This document shows positions 49,263 to 61,109 of a DNA stretch of 64,000 nucleotides, in pieces (the first letter of the stretch is position 1; each line of letters opens with the position of its first letter). The stretch covers positions 1,316,013 through 1,380,012 of the forward strand of contig RDEW01000009.1 in the NCBI GenBank assembly GCA_011109175.1, written 5' to 3'. The notes beneath the pieces are model-generated. The model ran no database searches, had not been told where the DNA came from, and saw only the letters and a list, made by a program, of their open reading frames with translations. Both the position numbers and the translations under genes were made by a program. Source of the DNA: Dicyema japonicum. Its lineage: Eukaryota; Animalia; Dicyemida.

Positions 49263-52200
49263 CTATAAATAAAAATACCAAATACTATCCAGGCTACAAA
49301 TAATACCACAAAATACCACAATCAAACAGTTCCCCCCGGTATAAGCACTCACATACAAAGCAAGTAAACTGTCGAAATTTTTTAAAGTTGACTTAATTCC
49401 AGTTTTCAGCTTTAATTGGGGAATACAAAAAATCCCAAGGCGCTTGTGGAAACATTCAAACTTCAAATCGACCTTCTCCTGTGGTAAAATACGCAAAAAA
49501 CTCTGCAATGTTAAAATCATCTCCCAACCTCAGTAATTCCCCCAACAAATGAAGTCTCTTCGTCATATTGGATCGAATAGTAAATATCCAGGAAAGATTG
49601 AGTCAACAAATTTTTAAGACAGACAATAAATGTGAACATTGGGGAGATATCGGACGAGAAATTAATGGGGATGATAGCCTTGGGTGTAAAGTCGACTTTC
49701 AACGATAGTGGGAGACTAACAACTTCTACAGAGATTAGTTTGAAAGTGGATGTAGTGTACCTCCCAGGACTATAATTATCAGCACAACTAAATAATAAAA
49801 ATCCAAACCTGTGCCACGTTACTAAAATACACCCCAAATTATGTGTCTCTGAAACATCAAAGTCATCCCCTGAATAGTAAAATAAGGTGGGAATCACAAA
49901 CTGGTCACCAGCTTGTTCCAATACTAATATTAGAGAAAATTAATACTGCAGTCTTCATTAGATTCAGAGTATTCGGATTCAGCGTCCCCAACAACATGAA
50001 ATCCGTCATTCTGCATAAATTATAGAAATATACAGGAATAACGCATATTTTGTCAATAGATATTTTAGAATCCAAGACCATGACAATCCTAGTCTCGACA
50101 ACAAACATTTCCCCATAAAATACAATATTATCCAAGTCGATATGCTAAGCATAAATTAGAGAAATATACAGGAATAACGCATATTTTGTCAATAGATATT
50201 TTAGAATCCAAGACCATGACAATCCTAGTCTCGACAACAAACATTTCCCCATAAAATACAATATTATCCAAGTCGATATGCTAAATAATAACGAATGGGC
50301 AACATTAGGGGAGGACACTGAAGAATTAACGGTAATTGGCTCGATTGGTTGAACTTCAAGGGAGTATCTTTCTTCTACATCAATAGTATTGGCTGTGTGA
50401 CATATCTCCACTAAGTCAGTAATATACTTTTAAGGTCATATCAATAAGGTCCAAGAAAGGAGATGAGACATAAAGCAACAAATTCATGCTCTTATGAGCC
50501 TCAAGAGATCCAATAGTGAGGGTGTCCTGTCCACCATTAGTCTCCAAAGTTCCCAGACAGGTTGTTGGCTGTAAGGACAGATATTGGAGTGATTTTTGAC
50601 CTCCAGATAAAAGGGTCACCACAACATCATCCAATGGAAATTTTTGTTCGTTGGTGAGTTGACATGAAATTCGGAAGATTTGATTTCTCAAAAACGTGAC
50701 ATTCTGACCTTCAGAAAAGTCAGCATGAACACGTGTCGAATATATGCTATAACATTAAACGACTAATTACTATGTCGCTCCACAGTCTAGAGAAGCCTCA
50801 TACACGGACTTTAGAGCAAACACGTGACCATTCTGACCTTCAATCTCAAAATCAATCATTTCCGGCTAAAATGCGAACATCGAGTAACCATCAAGTAGAA
50901 GCCCTGATTGTGGCAAATTGGGGTGATCACAAAGTCATATTGTCTGACGCTACCAGGTAGAATATCTTCACACTTTTCCATCACTTTCTCCAGCTTATAC
51001 TCCGCTTTGTTAAATGAGACAGAAAAACGCTTAAGGGAGAGCAGGATAGGTAAGTTAGATCTACCATTTCAGATACAAATACTGTAAAATGACATTGATG
51101 CGAATAACATCATCAATAGAGTAACCAGGCTTATCAAAACACACATCGAATTTTACTGGAATATTCAAATAATGTAACCAAAAGATTGTCCTTTGTATGG
51201 GTTGTCGATTAGAAATACTCGCTGATTGGAGAGTCGTTCATTCCACAGAACGTTTGAGGGAAAAGAGGAGGGAATGTTACCCTACAATAAACTTGCATAA
51301 AACCGCTAAAACATTGACAAGAATTTCTCCCAAGTTACTTAGTTCTCCACTCAAAAGTCTCATATTGTTTGTCAATAGGAGAAGGGAGAGTCTCACAAAG
51401 TTAGCAACATCAGCTATATTCAGGCATATTCTACAGTAAGTGACATTCTGACCTAATAGCCGTCCGAAGAACATCAGTGTAGAGCGAAGGAAACCCACCA
51501 TTCTGATAAAAATCAACCAGACCGAGCAGAATCCTAAAATAACAGCAAAACAAACCCAGAGGCATGTTCGTATCTCTCTTCACGTTCACAAATGGCAGCA
51601 ACTCTCATCACTAAATCAAAATTACTAGACTACACAAATGTGACACAATTCGGTCGTATTTTATCCTTCTTAAATGAGAAACAGTCCTCCCAAGAAGAGT
51701 TAGCACGTGATTCTAATCTATGTCAACTGAAAACCTGGTAAAAACCACAATCATCAACGCATCTACTCCAGTCGTAACAGCAGTTGGCTGCCTTCTCAAT
51801 GTTCTGAGCAATGAGAAATGACTCGTCGGAGGAATATCTCTCCAACAACTCTGCAAATATCAAATATCTGCATGATATTTGAATTACTACTGATTGGACA
51901 TCCAAAACAGGTTGTCGTCCAAATATTCGTTCGCAAAGTCATATATAATATCGTTTAGCACACTTTGGGCAGTAGACAGCTGTTCGGACAAAATAAGATA
52001 TTTTGACAGCTACTATTATAACGGGGGATACCTTGTATGTCAAAATAGAGACGAGGGAATATACTAGAGACGTGTCAGCATTCTCAATCAGGTACAGTCT
52101 TTTGAGGTACAGCAAAGAGTCCTCGTAGTAACTCAAATAAGTCGTCAACCAACCTAATGGTGGATTTGTAGTTGCCTGCAAATTCACTTAATATGGCAAT

Positions 52201-53000
52201 TTTGTAGCTTCCGGTTAAAGACTTCAAATTAGGATGATCAGTTCCGGCAATTCCACGGATTAGTTTAGTCATTAACAATTCGTAATGACGGATAGAATTT
52301 TTAATCACATTCTCGTGGAGTCTGAGATATTAAAGGAAAGTAACAAATCAATGTCCTCAGTCGAGAAGGGAAAGGATATTGGGAAGAGGTAGTCCTGGCT
52401 CACACCGAAACTAGAACGGATATGGGAACGACGAGAATCGGACATAAAACTGTTTGAATTTTCAGTCAACACGAGAAACAGTCTTGTGTTGGTGTGTGAC
52501 ATTAAATCACTAAATTTGGTAAAATAAAATCACATAAAAGCTGTTATTTTGGTCCTAGATTCCTGAATTCGCTCATTCCAGTCCTCATCCGTCCAGTCCA
52601 GTTCAACGAATAAAACGAACAGAGAATACCACCTTTTCTGTAAATTTTTGAGCCAATATGACATTGTTATGGATTCAAGATCTTCTGGGTAGTCTTTTGC
52701 AATATCATGGCAATTATTTATATAATTTTGATCGTCAAATATTTCATATTTCACAGTTTGTGACATTGTTATGGATTCAAGATCTTCTGGGTAGTCTTTT
52801 GCAATATCATGGCAATTATTTATATAATTTTGATCGTCAAATATTTCATATTTCACAGTTTGTGAAGATATTCTGCCCAAATACGAATAAAGTTGAGAAT
52901 ATTTTTCGTCTTTCAAATTAATCCCGGAAACTGCTATTAATGGAAGACAATTCAGCTTGATATTGAAAGGGAGAATCTCAAGTCCCACATCAGTAGACAT
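49263..53000 (-). CDS. TRAPPC11: TRAPPC11 (foie gras/gryzun) homolog, many mini-introns, two internal tandem duplications
   Basis: PLIAVSG, WLKNLQKRWYSLFVLFVELDWTDEDWNE, YKIAILSEF, CGFYQ..AA; C-terminal LGIFCIPQLKL. Confidence 0.8.
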
Positions 53001-53119
53001 TAATAATTTGAATATAAAATTTTAATTAAATTTAAACATTATCTTCAAATAATAGAGATTACTTAGTTAGGGAGCGATGAACATCTGAAATGACTCTTCT
53101 CTAACACCTCTGCTATTTC

Positions 53120-53250
53120 TAATTCGAAAGAGCCGAAGGTTATACGCCCAATACGTGCTAGTGTGTGTTTGAGGGATGTGCATCGGCCCAAGATAAGGTA
53201 TCTGCTAAAATGTGTCTGGTGGTTAGTTTGGTATTACCGTGGTTTTTTAA
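53120..53250 (+). mobile_element. RTE LINE 3' end fragment
   Basis: gcatcggcccaagataaggt...gtctgg matches the 3' end of the 29460-30990 copy. Confidence 0.5.
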
Positions 53251-54051
53251 AGAAATCTGAAAACAATAGATCTGGTTTGTCCCATGGCCACTGCCAAACG
53301 AACCATTTAGTAATTGTTTAAGAATGGAGAGGGTTCGAGTGTGTCTGCTATAAATTTAGGCAGTTTCCTTCACGAGGTGAACAACGTGGAAGCCAACCTT
53401 ATGATATGTCAACTTCTCTTAATTCCAGTCTATCAAAACAATAACTTTATTAATTTACTGTCAATTTCCCATGTTTTGGAAATTATTTCTGTATTGCCTA
53501 AAATCTCCCCCCCCCATCAAAAAAGATAAGGATAACTGTTACGACTGTACGCTACTTCTGTTCTAGTCCTAGATATCTCTAAACAGCAGTCGTTGCAGTT
53601 CGCTTTATATGCCGTTGGTTTCTTGCATGTATTAGAAGTTATGGTATTCGACGTTGATTCCAGTTACATCGAGCTTTAGAAAGCCACAAGAAACTAGAAA
53701 GTCATATCTGAATAGTAATCGACTTTATCTTTGTAAAAAAACCCTGCCTATAGTAATATTATTCAGAGGAGTGTGATACAAAAAGTCACGTTGGTTAGTC
53801 TGATTATTTTGATATTCCTGAGTTTACGACAAAAACATTAAGAATATGAACACAGCTAAAAATTAGTTCTGAACGTTAAAATTCTAAGCCATTACGATTT
53901 GCATTGAAATGTTTCCATTTTTTATTTCGCTATCACGATTTGATGGCAAGTTAGAAGGAAAGCGATTTGGATCCTATGATCACCAATTCAAAGATATAAT
54001 TAATTTTTCCAACAATTCAAATTTAACCTAAACTTATTTCTAAAAAATCAT

Positions 54052-54290
54052 AACCGAATCATCGGGAGCCGTTGGTCCAATGACGGCTGAGTTCTTGCGA
54101 GAACTCGGAGGATTGTTTGCCAGAAAGAAAAGGGATCAACGAGAAGGGTTATGGCTAAGACAAAAGATTGGAATAGCCATACTCCGAGGGAACTCGTTCG
54201 CAATCCACGCAGCAGGCTTTCTCAACTGACATTTGTTTAATTGTTAAAAAAAAAATTTTGTTAAAAAAAATCATAATAAATAAAAAATAG
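54052..54290 (+). mobile_element. CRE-clade LINE 3' end with A-rich tail
   Basis: TESSGAVGPMTAEFLRELGGLFARKKRDQREGLWLRQKIGIAILRGNSFAIHAAGFLN*. Confidence 0.8.
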
Positions 54291-54359
54291 CATATTTATA
54301 TATCTCTAACAACTCTGCAAATATTTTCTTACGATAAAGTCAGAATGATTAGATTATAT

Positions 54360-54600
54360 CCGTTGGCGCCAGTGGTGCTATGTGGCTAGTAGGTCAAAAA
54401 TTTACGTTCTTACACTCTGATGGCGTCATTAGATCCACTTTACAAAGGAGATGTTTTATGCCTGGCCGGCATCAAAAGGATTCAACTACTCATTTCACCG
54501 GGAACAATTTCGTTACCTGGAGACAAGTTCTGGAATCGTTAGAACTCGTCAAGATCAAGGAGTTGTTTGGTTTTACCCTTGGTCTTTAGAATAATTTTAT
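54360..54600 (+). mobile_element. SINE-like element (subfamily B) with HDV-like pseudoknot at 54422-54483
   Basis: Same 5' start (cgttggcgccagtgg); GGCGTC...GATGTT, GATCC/GGATT and ATGCC/GGCAT stems. Confidence 0.65.
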
Positions 54601-54666
54601 TTTTTATATAAAATATTTATAAAATAATTTTATAAAATAAATAAATAAAAAATAACACGCCTTGTT

Positions 54667-55366
54667 ATGAGTAAAGGTAAGTTTACGAATGAAGATTGGA
54701 TTTGTGAAGATTCTCAGTTTTTGTTATCGAAACATGATTTAGATGTGGAAATGTTAATTTTGCAAAGAGAGATACATGCAATCGCTGCAAGAAACCGCGT
54801 ACCCACAACTCTGATAGCGGCAGAAACTCATCACTAATGTCCGCCATCGAAATCGGGAAAGAGGCTGCTGAAAAGAGTAAAGGACTCTATAGTGCTGATG
54901 ATTGGTCATGTAAGAGGTAATGTGCTGAGTAATTTCCAGCTGTGGTAACGTGAACTGGGCGAGACGTGTTCGGTGTAATATTTGCGACCAACCAAAGTTC
55001 AAAAAAGTGGAGGAAAGGACTGGCTATGGTGGTGGCTTTTTTGAAAGGGATGATGTGAACTACAAGGAAAGAGGAGACTCTGACAACGAATTTGACGATG
55101 TTTTCTATATTTGTGATTTCTAAGTTTGGAATGAAGAAGAAACGATTCAGGTCTTCAACAGCTCGGAAGAGTCCTTCGCCAGAAGTATTTGGTTTGTTAA
55201 CAAAGAAGTCTTCGGATAGCGAGGATATCGACCTTTCCAAGTACATGCTGGACGACGAGGAGAGTGGGTCGTATGATTTATAAAATATTCGTATCTTTAC
55301 CCTCTTCGTAGTGATCAGGATGATGAATCTTCTTCGAGTCCTTCTCCAAAGAGATCCTGCCTATGA
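54667..55366 (+). CDS. ZRANB2: ZRANB2 (two RanBP2-type zinc fingers), lacking the RS domain
   Basis: DWICEDSQCGNVNFAKRDTCNRC, EIGKEAAEKSKGLYSADDWSCKSCGNVNWARRVRCNIC, EERTGYGGGF, DLSKY. Confidence 0.95.
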
Positions 55367-56642
55367 TCTGTCTTGCTAATTAGTAGTTTGTCGTCAATTT
55401 TTTTCTGTTTTTTGTTGAGAATTGAGTTTAAATTGGCGCTTTAGAATAGTTAGCATATTAAATGTTTGCTATTTTGAATCAAAAAGAATGGGGTTACCTC
55501 AAAAAAATATTTTTAAGGTTGGCATCAAATCCTCTGATCGGTCGGAAAATTAGACAAGAAGTCGTTGAGGTTGGAGAGCTCAAGCTACTGTACGGTGCTC
55601 CAGTCAAGATCATCCTTATTGTTCTAACGTGGGACGGTGTCGTTTAGAAGATTTATACATCTCACTTGGGAATCATTGCAATCGATGCACCAACTAGAAT
55701 AGATAGTCAATTCGTTGTCCTCAAAAAGACGTTGGTGAGAATGATAGATATGGAGTGCCTATTATCGAGGAAGAATTGGTCACAGCAACAAATCACTTGG
55801 TGGAATTAGCAAACCAGACGTTCCGGGTGAGTGGGAAACGGATGCCTGGACTTAATTTCAGAAAAAATGAATTTTATGCGTGTAAGCTTTTCCAGAAATA
55901 AGCCCATGTCAAAAAAGCAAACCAAAAGATGATCGAATACAAAAAACGTTTAAGAATTTATTAAATCAATATTTTCAAATAATCTGATAGCAATTCCTTT
56001 TTTCTTGGATAGGCCTATTATCTTGTTGGCCTACATGTGTTATTTGTTTCTACTTGTCAGGTGATGTCTTACAGAAATCAATTTATCAGAACATTTAAAC
56101 TTAGCAATGTTTAAATCTCCTTTTAATGAGCATACGATTTCTCTTAAACGTCAGTAGCTCACAATTGTTTTGTGGATTTTATTCATTCGAAGAGTTTTTT
56201 TTTAATTTCAAGAAAAACGGTTTTCTTCCAGAAGTTCCTAGTTTACGTGAAACAATGGTTTGTTTTTATGAATTTGACAAATTTTTATTATTTTTATGCC
56301 AGCATCGTTGACACTTACGGTCTAGATTCTTCTGCAATGTTTTCATTGGACTCTAACAATTTTTTTAATGTGGAAAGTTTTTTTTGATTGGATAAATCTT
56401 TAAATCTTGTAGGGGAGGTTGAAGAGACACGATATTAATGTGGTAAAGTAACTAAGGAAGAATTTTATTTGGCTTTTCAAATATTGAAAAATTTTATTCA
56501 ATTTATTACGCTAAAAAGTGAGAATATAGCGGCCGCCCTGACTGCGTGGTTATTCCCTATCAGGATAGCGAGTGTGATTTGCTCAATAATCAGCAGCGCT
56601 CACGGAGATCTATTTGTAGTATTGAAATTCGATTTCCTAGAC

Positions 56643-57227
56643 AAGTGCTTCCCAACCTGGGTTCCGCGAAGATCAAAAGATTTTTTTACTTATTTTTTCA
56701 AAACGAATTAATTTAATTTGCGTGTGTCTAAATGGAGTCTGGTGACAGTGCATATCTTAAAGCTCGATCGTATTAAGAAAGTTATATTTCCTTTGGTTTC
56801 AAATGGACTGGGGACATGGATTGCACTACCACTTTGTGTTGTTTGCCGTGAAAAACTTGCGAATAGTGCTATGGCTCCAACTACACTTAGACGTAATTTA
56901 TCCTATTCTGGCAAACAGAGCTTTAAGAATTTTGGTCCAGTTTTAACGACTCATCTCTATGAAAGTGGAGTTTCTGCATTAACAAATATAAAGCATAAAA
57001 AATGCGCCAACCTACTGTATATGGAAGAAGACCTGCGTTTATCCATGTCACAGCCAATTATTAAAGAGCCATGCAAAAGACATCAGTCTCAACCATCTCA
57101 CTAACTAGCATTTTATTTTTTTATTTTAGTAAAATACTGATAATTTTTAAAAACTATATAAAGGTTCCGCATGAACTGAAAAAATGTCGATAGGGTTCCG
57201 TGATCTCAAAAAGGTTGGGAACCACTG
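56643..57227 (+). mobile_element. Internally deleted hAT Buster-type element with 8-bp TSD, inserted in a CRE 3' end
   Basis: TIRs aagtgcttcccaacc / ggttgggaaccactg; flanks tcctagac (56635-56642) and ccctagac (57228-57235) fit NNNTANNN; homologous to 43026-44758. Confidence 0.9.
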
Positions 57228-57568
57228 CCCTAGACGAAAGCGGATATTAAATAAGAGACAGGGGCACTATAATTCTGTGGCTAACTTGGATATTTGAGGG
57301 TTGAAATTTATTTATTTTATTACCTCAAGATCACTGGGTTAAAAAAATAAAAAAGTTTCCGCCTGAAAAAGTCGTCGAGTCAGACGAGGACGGTCGTCCA
57401 CTATAGCTCGCCTCATTAGAATCGGTTTCCATTCGTACTTCTGGTGCGTCGCGATGTACTTTAAGAGTGTTTCATGCAGAGTGGTGTCTAGGCTTTTAGC
57501 TGCCCTTAGGATCTTTCTCTGTTTCTCGGGATCTTGTCCTCTATGAAGATATAGGCCGCACTCTTAAT

Positions 57569-57897
57569 TTATTAACCTAGAATAAACTGAAAAGAAGTTA
57601 ACAGTAAACAACTAATTAGGTGTATCTAGTTTCCACTGTTACAGAAACAGTCCTTCAACCTCACACAAGTCATCCGGAACCAGCATAAATTGCAAAAGAT
57701 TTCCATTCCTTGCAGTTATGGAAACCCTTCAAATAGAGTGGGGGAGAGCAAATGATCCATTTTCGTGCTAGTCTGGCACTGGGCGCCACCTGAGACAGGT
57801 GGATCACATGACGCCACTCTAGGAAGGGGAAGATGAGGAAAAGACAATAAAAACAGAAAACTTCAACCAATTAACCACATGACAACACTTGGCACCG
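57569..57897 (-). mobile_element. Full-length SINE-like element (subfamily A) with 11-bp TSD and HDV-like pseudoknot at 57753-57815
   Basis: gcactcttaat at both 57558-57568 and 57898-57908. Confidence 0.88.
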
Positions 57898-58007
57898 GCA
57901 CTCTTAATGAAAGGTGAAATATTCTTATATAGTTAAATTCTAAAATCGCTTATAAACTATAATAATTTAAAAAATTAAACATTATTAATAAATTGTTTTT
58001 AAACTTA

Positions 58008-59079
58008 ATGGATAGACTTCGTGGTACGACTTATCGACTATATGACAGGGTCTACAGACACAATCAAATACCAAAAACTAATAGTAATATTTTAGATTTT
58101 ACAATAAAATAGAGCCTACTTTGAACGATAATGAAAAAACCAAATTGTTTAGTAAGACCATAACTGTGCCGGAGATGTACATGGGAGCTATTGTTGGGAA
58201 GAGGGGACACGTCAAGAATAGAATAGAGGAAGAAACCCAATGCAGATTGAGTTTTCAACAGAACGACATCAGTTTTATTTTTATGACACGTATAAGAAAT
58301 TAGTGGGTTCTCCCAGGGATCGGTGGAGTCGGTCGAAAACAGGATTTTTTTTATAAGTAAGTAATTTTCTAAGTAAAGTCCAAAAATGCAGGGATACTTT
58401 TAAACCCACTCATTTTCTTGGCATACTGCTGAATAAGAGTGAAGAGTTAAGGAAGAATCTAGCCAAGTTTAGAAGTGAAGTGCTCACGTGTTATAAAAAT
58501 GTATTAATTCGCTGTTAGTCTATAAAGGATCGAGGGATTTGCTCAGAGCTCTTCCAGGACCCTTTGAGGCTGCACTTTACGATTACTACATTTTTAGTAG
58601 CAGACGAAACGGATTTAAATGAAATAAATAATAAATTAAATAATTTTGTCAAAATTAAATTAAAGTAAAATATCTAAATTTTTGTAGTGATGTGGTTGCC
58701 CACCATAAAATAACAATCCGAGGAATTGACTACATGAATGATGACCCTTCCGAAGTTAACGTTCTCTACGCACGTGTGGAATCTGACAGTGTTCAGAGAA
58801 TGTGTGATGAACTCAAAAGTATGTATAAACCAAATGATGACTCACCTGTCCTCCTGCACGTGACTCTAATGAACACCAAATTTCTTAGATCAATGAAATC
58901 GAATAGATCGTTTGATGCCACTCGAATATTGAAGGTGAAGTATTCGTAATGTTTAGAAATTTGCGGATTATTATTTCGGGGAGTTTTGTATCAATAGATT
59001 TCATGTTTGTAAAATTGGGAGATATCAAAGTGATGGAAGTTATACTGTGCAGACTGTTGTGGACATAACTTCAGTTTGA
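58008..59079 (+). CDS. ASCC1: ASCC1 (KH domain plus 2H-phosphoesterase/AKAP7-like domain)
   Basis: MGAIVGKRGHVKNRIEEETQCRL, PTHFLGI, LHFTI, LHVTLMNTKF, FDATRILK-KFADYYFG; mini-introns. Confidence 0.92.
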
Positions 59080-59479
59080 TGTTATTTTCTCTAATAAATA
59101 TATATTTAGTGTTGAATGTGAGTCAATACTAAGAGAATTTATGTAGTTAAAGTATGGGCAATACAACTCTTTTCCTGTGATTGGAAACCTGGGGTGTCAC
59201 TTGTTTATATGGCCTCTACTCTTACTACCTAAAGGTGACAATCATATGTTCAGGATCAGAAAACATTTTATTTTTATCCTTGTCGCAGTCGAAATCCCTG
59301 GGATTCAAGGACCCAAATCACTTGCCTTTGATCGTTGATAGCAAAAAGCGAGTAGAGACAGCTGTAAAGGTATGTGGCAGATTGAACGCATTTTCATACA
59401 AAATAGTGTTTAATGTAACTTTGAGTTCTTTGGTTTTTTCAAATAAAAACAACTACAAAGTAATTATTTTATTCCCGCC

Positions 59480-60790
59480 GACTATATCGATGCGGAGTTT
59501 CTCGCATAGACCGCCATGGATACTAACTAGATGAGTTATTGCGTTTCACGATCATCGTGGCTTCTGACCGAGGTCATACGTCCGAGTTTCTTGAGGAAAA
59601 TCAGGGACTTGCTACTTATCGTTCCGGTTGTCTCGACAGCAATCGCGTGGAAGTATTATTAGAGGACTCTTCTTTACTTTTTTTAGCTCTCTCTGCTTTC
59701 TCTGCTGTGGAATGTGCTTGAACCTCATTCTCGATGATGTTGGCAGAGGAGAGAGAGTCTAAACACGTCGCATCTAAAACTAACGGTTTACCCTCATCGA
59801 ACGGAGATATTGTTACTCAGTCCAGATCTCTTTCCGTCTCCCTTGTCCAGGCCTGTGAATTCCGATAAGGAGGGGTAACCAGCAGACTCCAGGGCTCGCT
59901 TCATAATTTCGTTATTTGCCTTATATCTTTGGGATCGTTCTGCGCTTCTTCTGCAAGAAAAGGAATGATGTCTATAAAAGTTAACAGTAACACCGCACCA
60001 GACTCCAGGGCTCGCTTCATAATTTCGTTATTTGCCTTATATCTTTGGGATCGTTCTGCGCTTCTTCTGCAAGAAAAGGAATGATGTCTATAAAAGTTAA
60101 CAGTAACACCGCACAAATCTTCAATCAAAGTCTGATGAAGATTCTGATGTGAACAGTATCGCCGTAAAGGTGGGTACCGACGCTTCCGGTCAGGTTCCAA
60201 GTGCCATTCCATTCGCATCTATCAGTGACTAGACAGGCGCGTCAGTGTTGGTTTGATTGATTCAGAAGCCCCTCATATTTATGTTCGCAGACTTCTCTGC
60301 TCAGGTAGCCTGACTATCAGATGCTTCATATCTCTAACGATTCTGTTGGTAGTTGGAGAATCATCTTGATCAACACCTTACTGGAGCTCAAGGAGGATAA
60401 ATATGCAGGGCGTGCTAAATCCTCATGTAGCCTGACTATCAGATGCTTCATATCTCTAACGATTCTGTTGGTAGTTGGAGAATCATCTTGATCAACACCT
60501 TACTGGAGCTCAAGGAGGATAAATATGCAGGGCGTGCTAAATCCATTGGTGAGAGGATTTCTAGTCTACCAAAGAGAACGGGTAAGGTTGCTTGGTTCCA
60601 CCCTTAGCTGTCAAATTTAACGTTCGTAAGGCATTCGGTAACTGTCAGGAAGAGGGAATCGATCTTTTTGAGCTGTTCCATTTTCAGACTACAAGGTGCC
60701 CCATGAAGAACGTAGTTTAATTTTTGTGCTGACAAGACGTTTTTCAACAGGAATAGAGAAGTGTGTGCGTCCAACATCTCCAGACATGTG
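59480..60790 (-). mobile_element. CRE-clade non-LTR retrotransposon (RT C-terminus, CCHC, restriction-like endonuclease), decayed
   Basis: DAHTSLFLLKN...KLNYVL, WNQATLPV, CG....HSFSC, IMKRALESAG, GDGKRS. Confidence 0.8.
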
Positions 60791-61109
60791 AATTTTGTTT
60801 TTTCTTTTGTTTTTAATGTAACTTAGATTATCCCCACATGCATATATTCTTCCTAAGGTTCCTTCCAGGATTAATTAATTGTGACTGTTTGTGCTGGGAT
60901 TACCAAATATTGTCTCCACTTTGTGATGACCCTGATCACGTGAACTAAGTATTCAAAAGGAATATATTTTTCCAATAAAATTGTTACCAATGGTTTTTTC
61001 ATTTAATGCTAATATTGTCTCCACTTTGTGATGACCCTGATCACGTGAACTAAGTATTCAAAAGGAATATATTTTTCCAATAAAATGGTGACCAATGGTT
61101 TTTTCATTT

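Noticed and set aside
53260-53720. Helitron/PIF1 helicase (GGDFRQ on the minus strand)
   Set aside because: Only one motif is recognisable, too little to list as a feature.
54799-54819. Possible GC-AG intron in ZRANB2
   Set aside because: The frame reads through without stops and the linker length fits orthologs, so no intron is needed.
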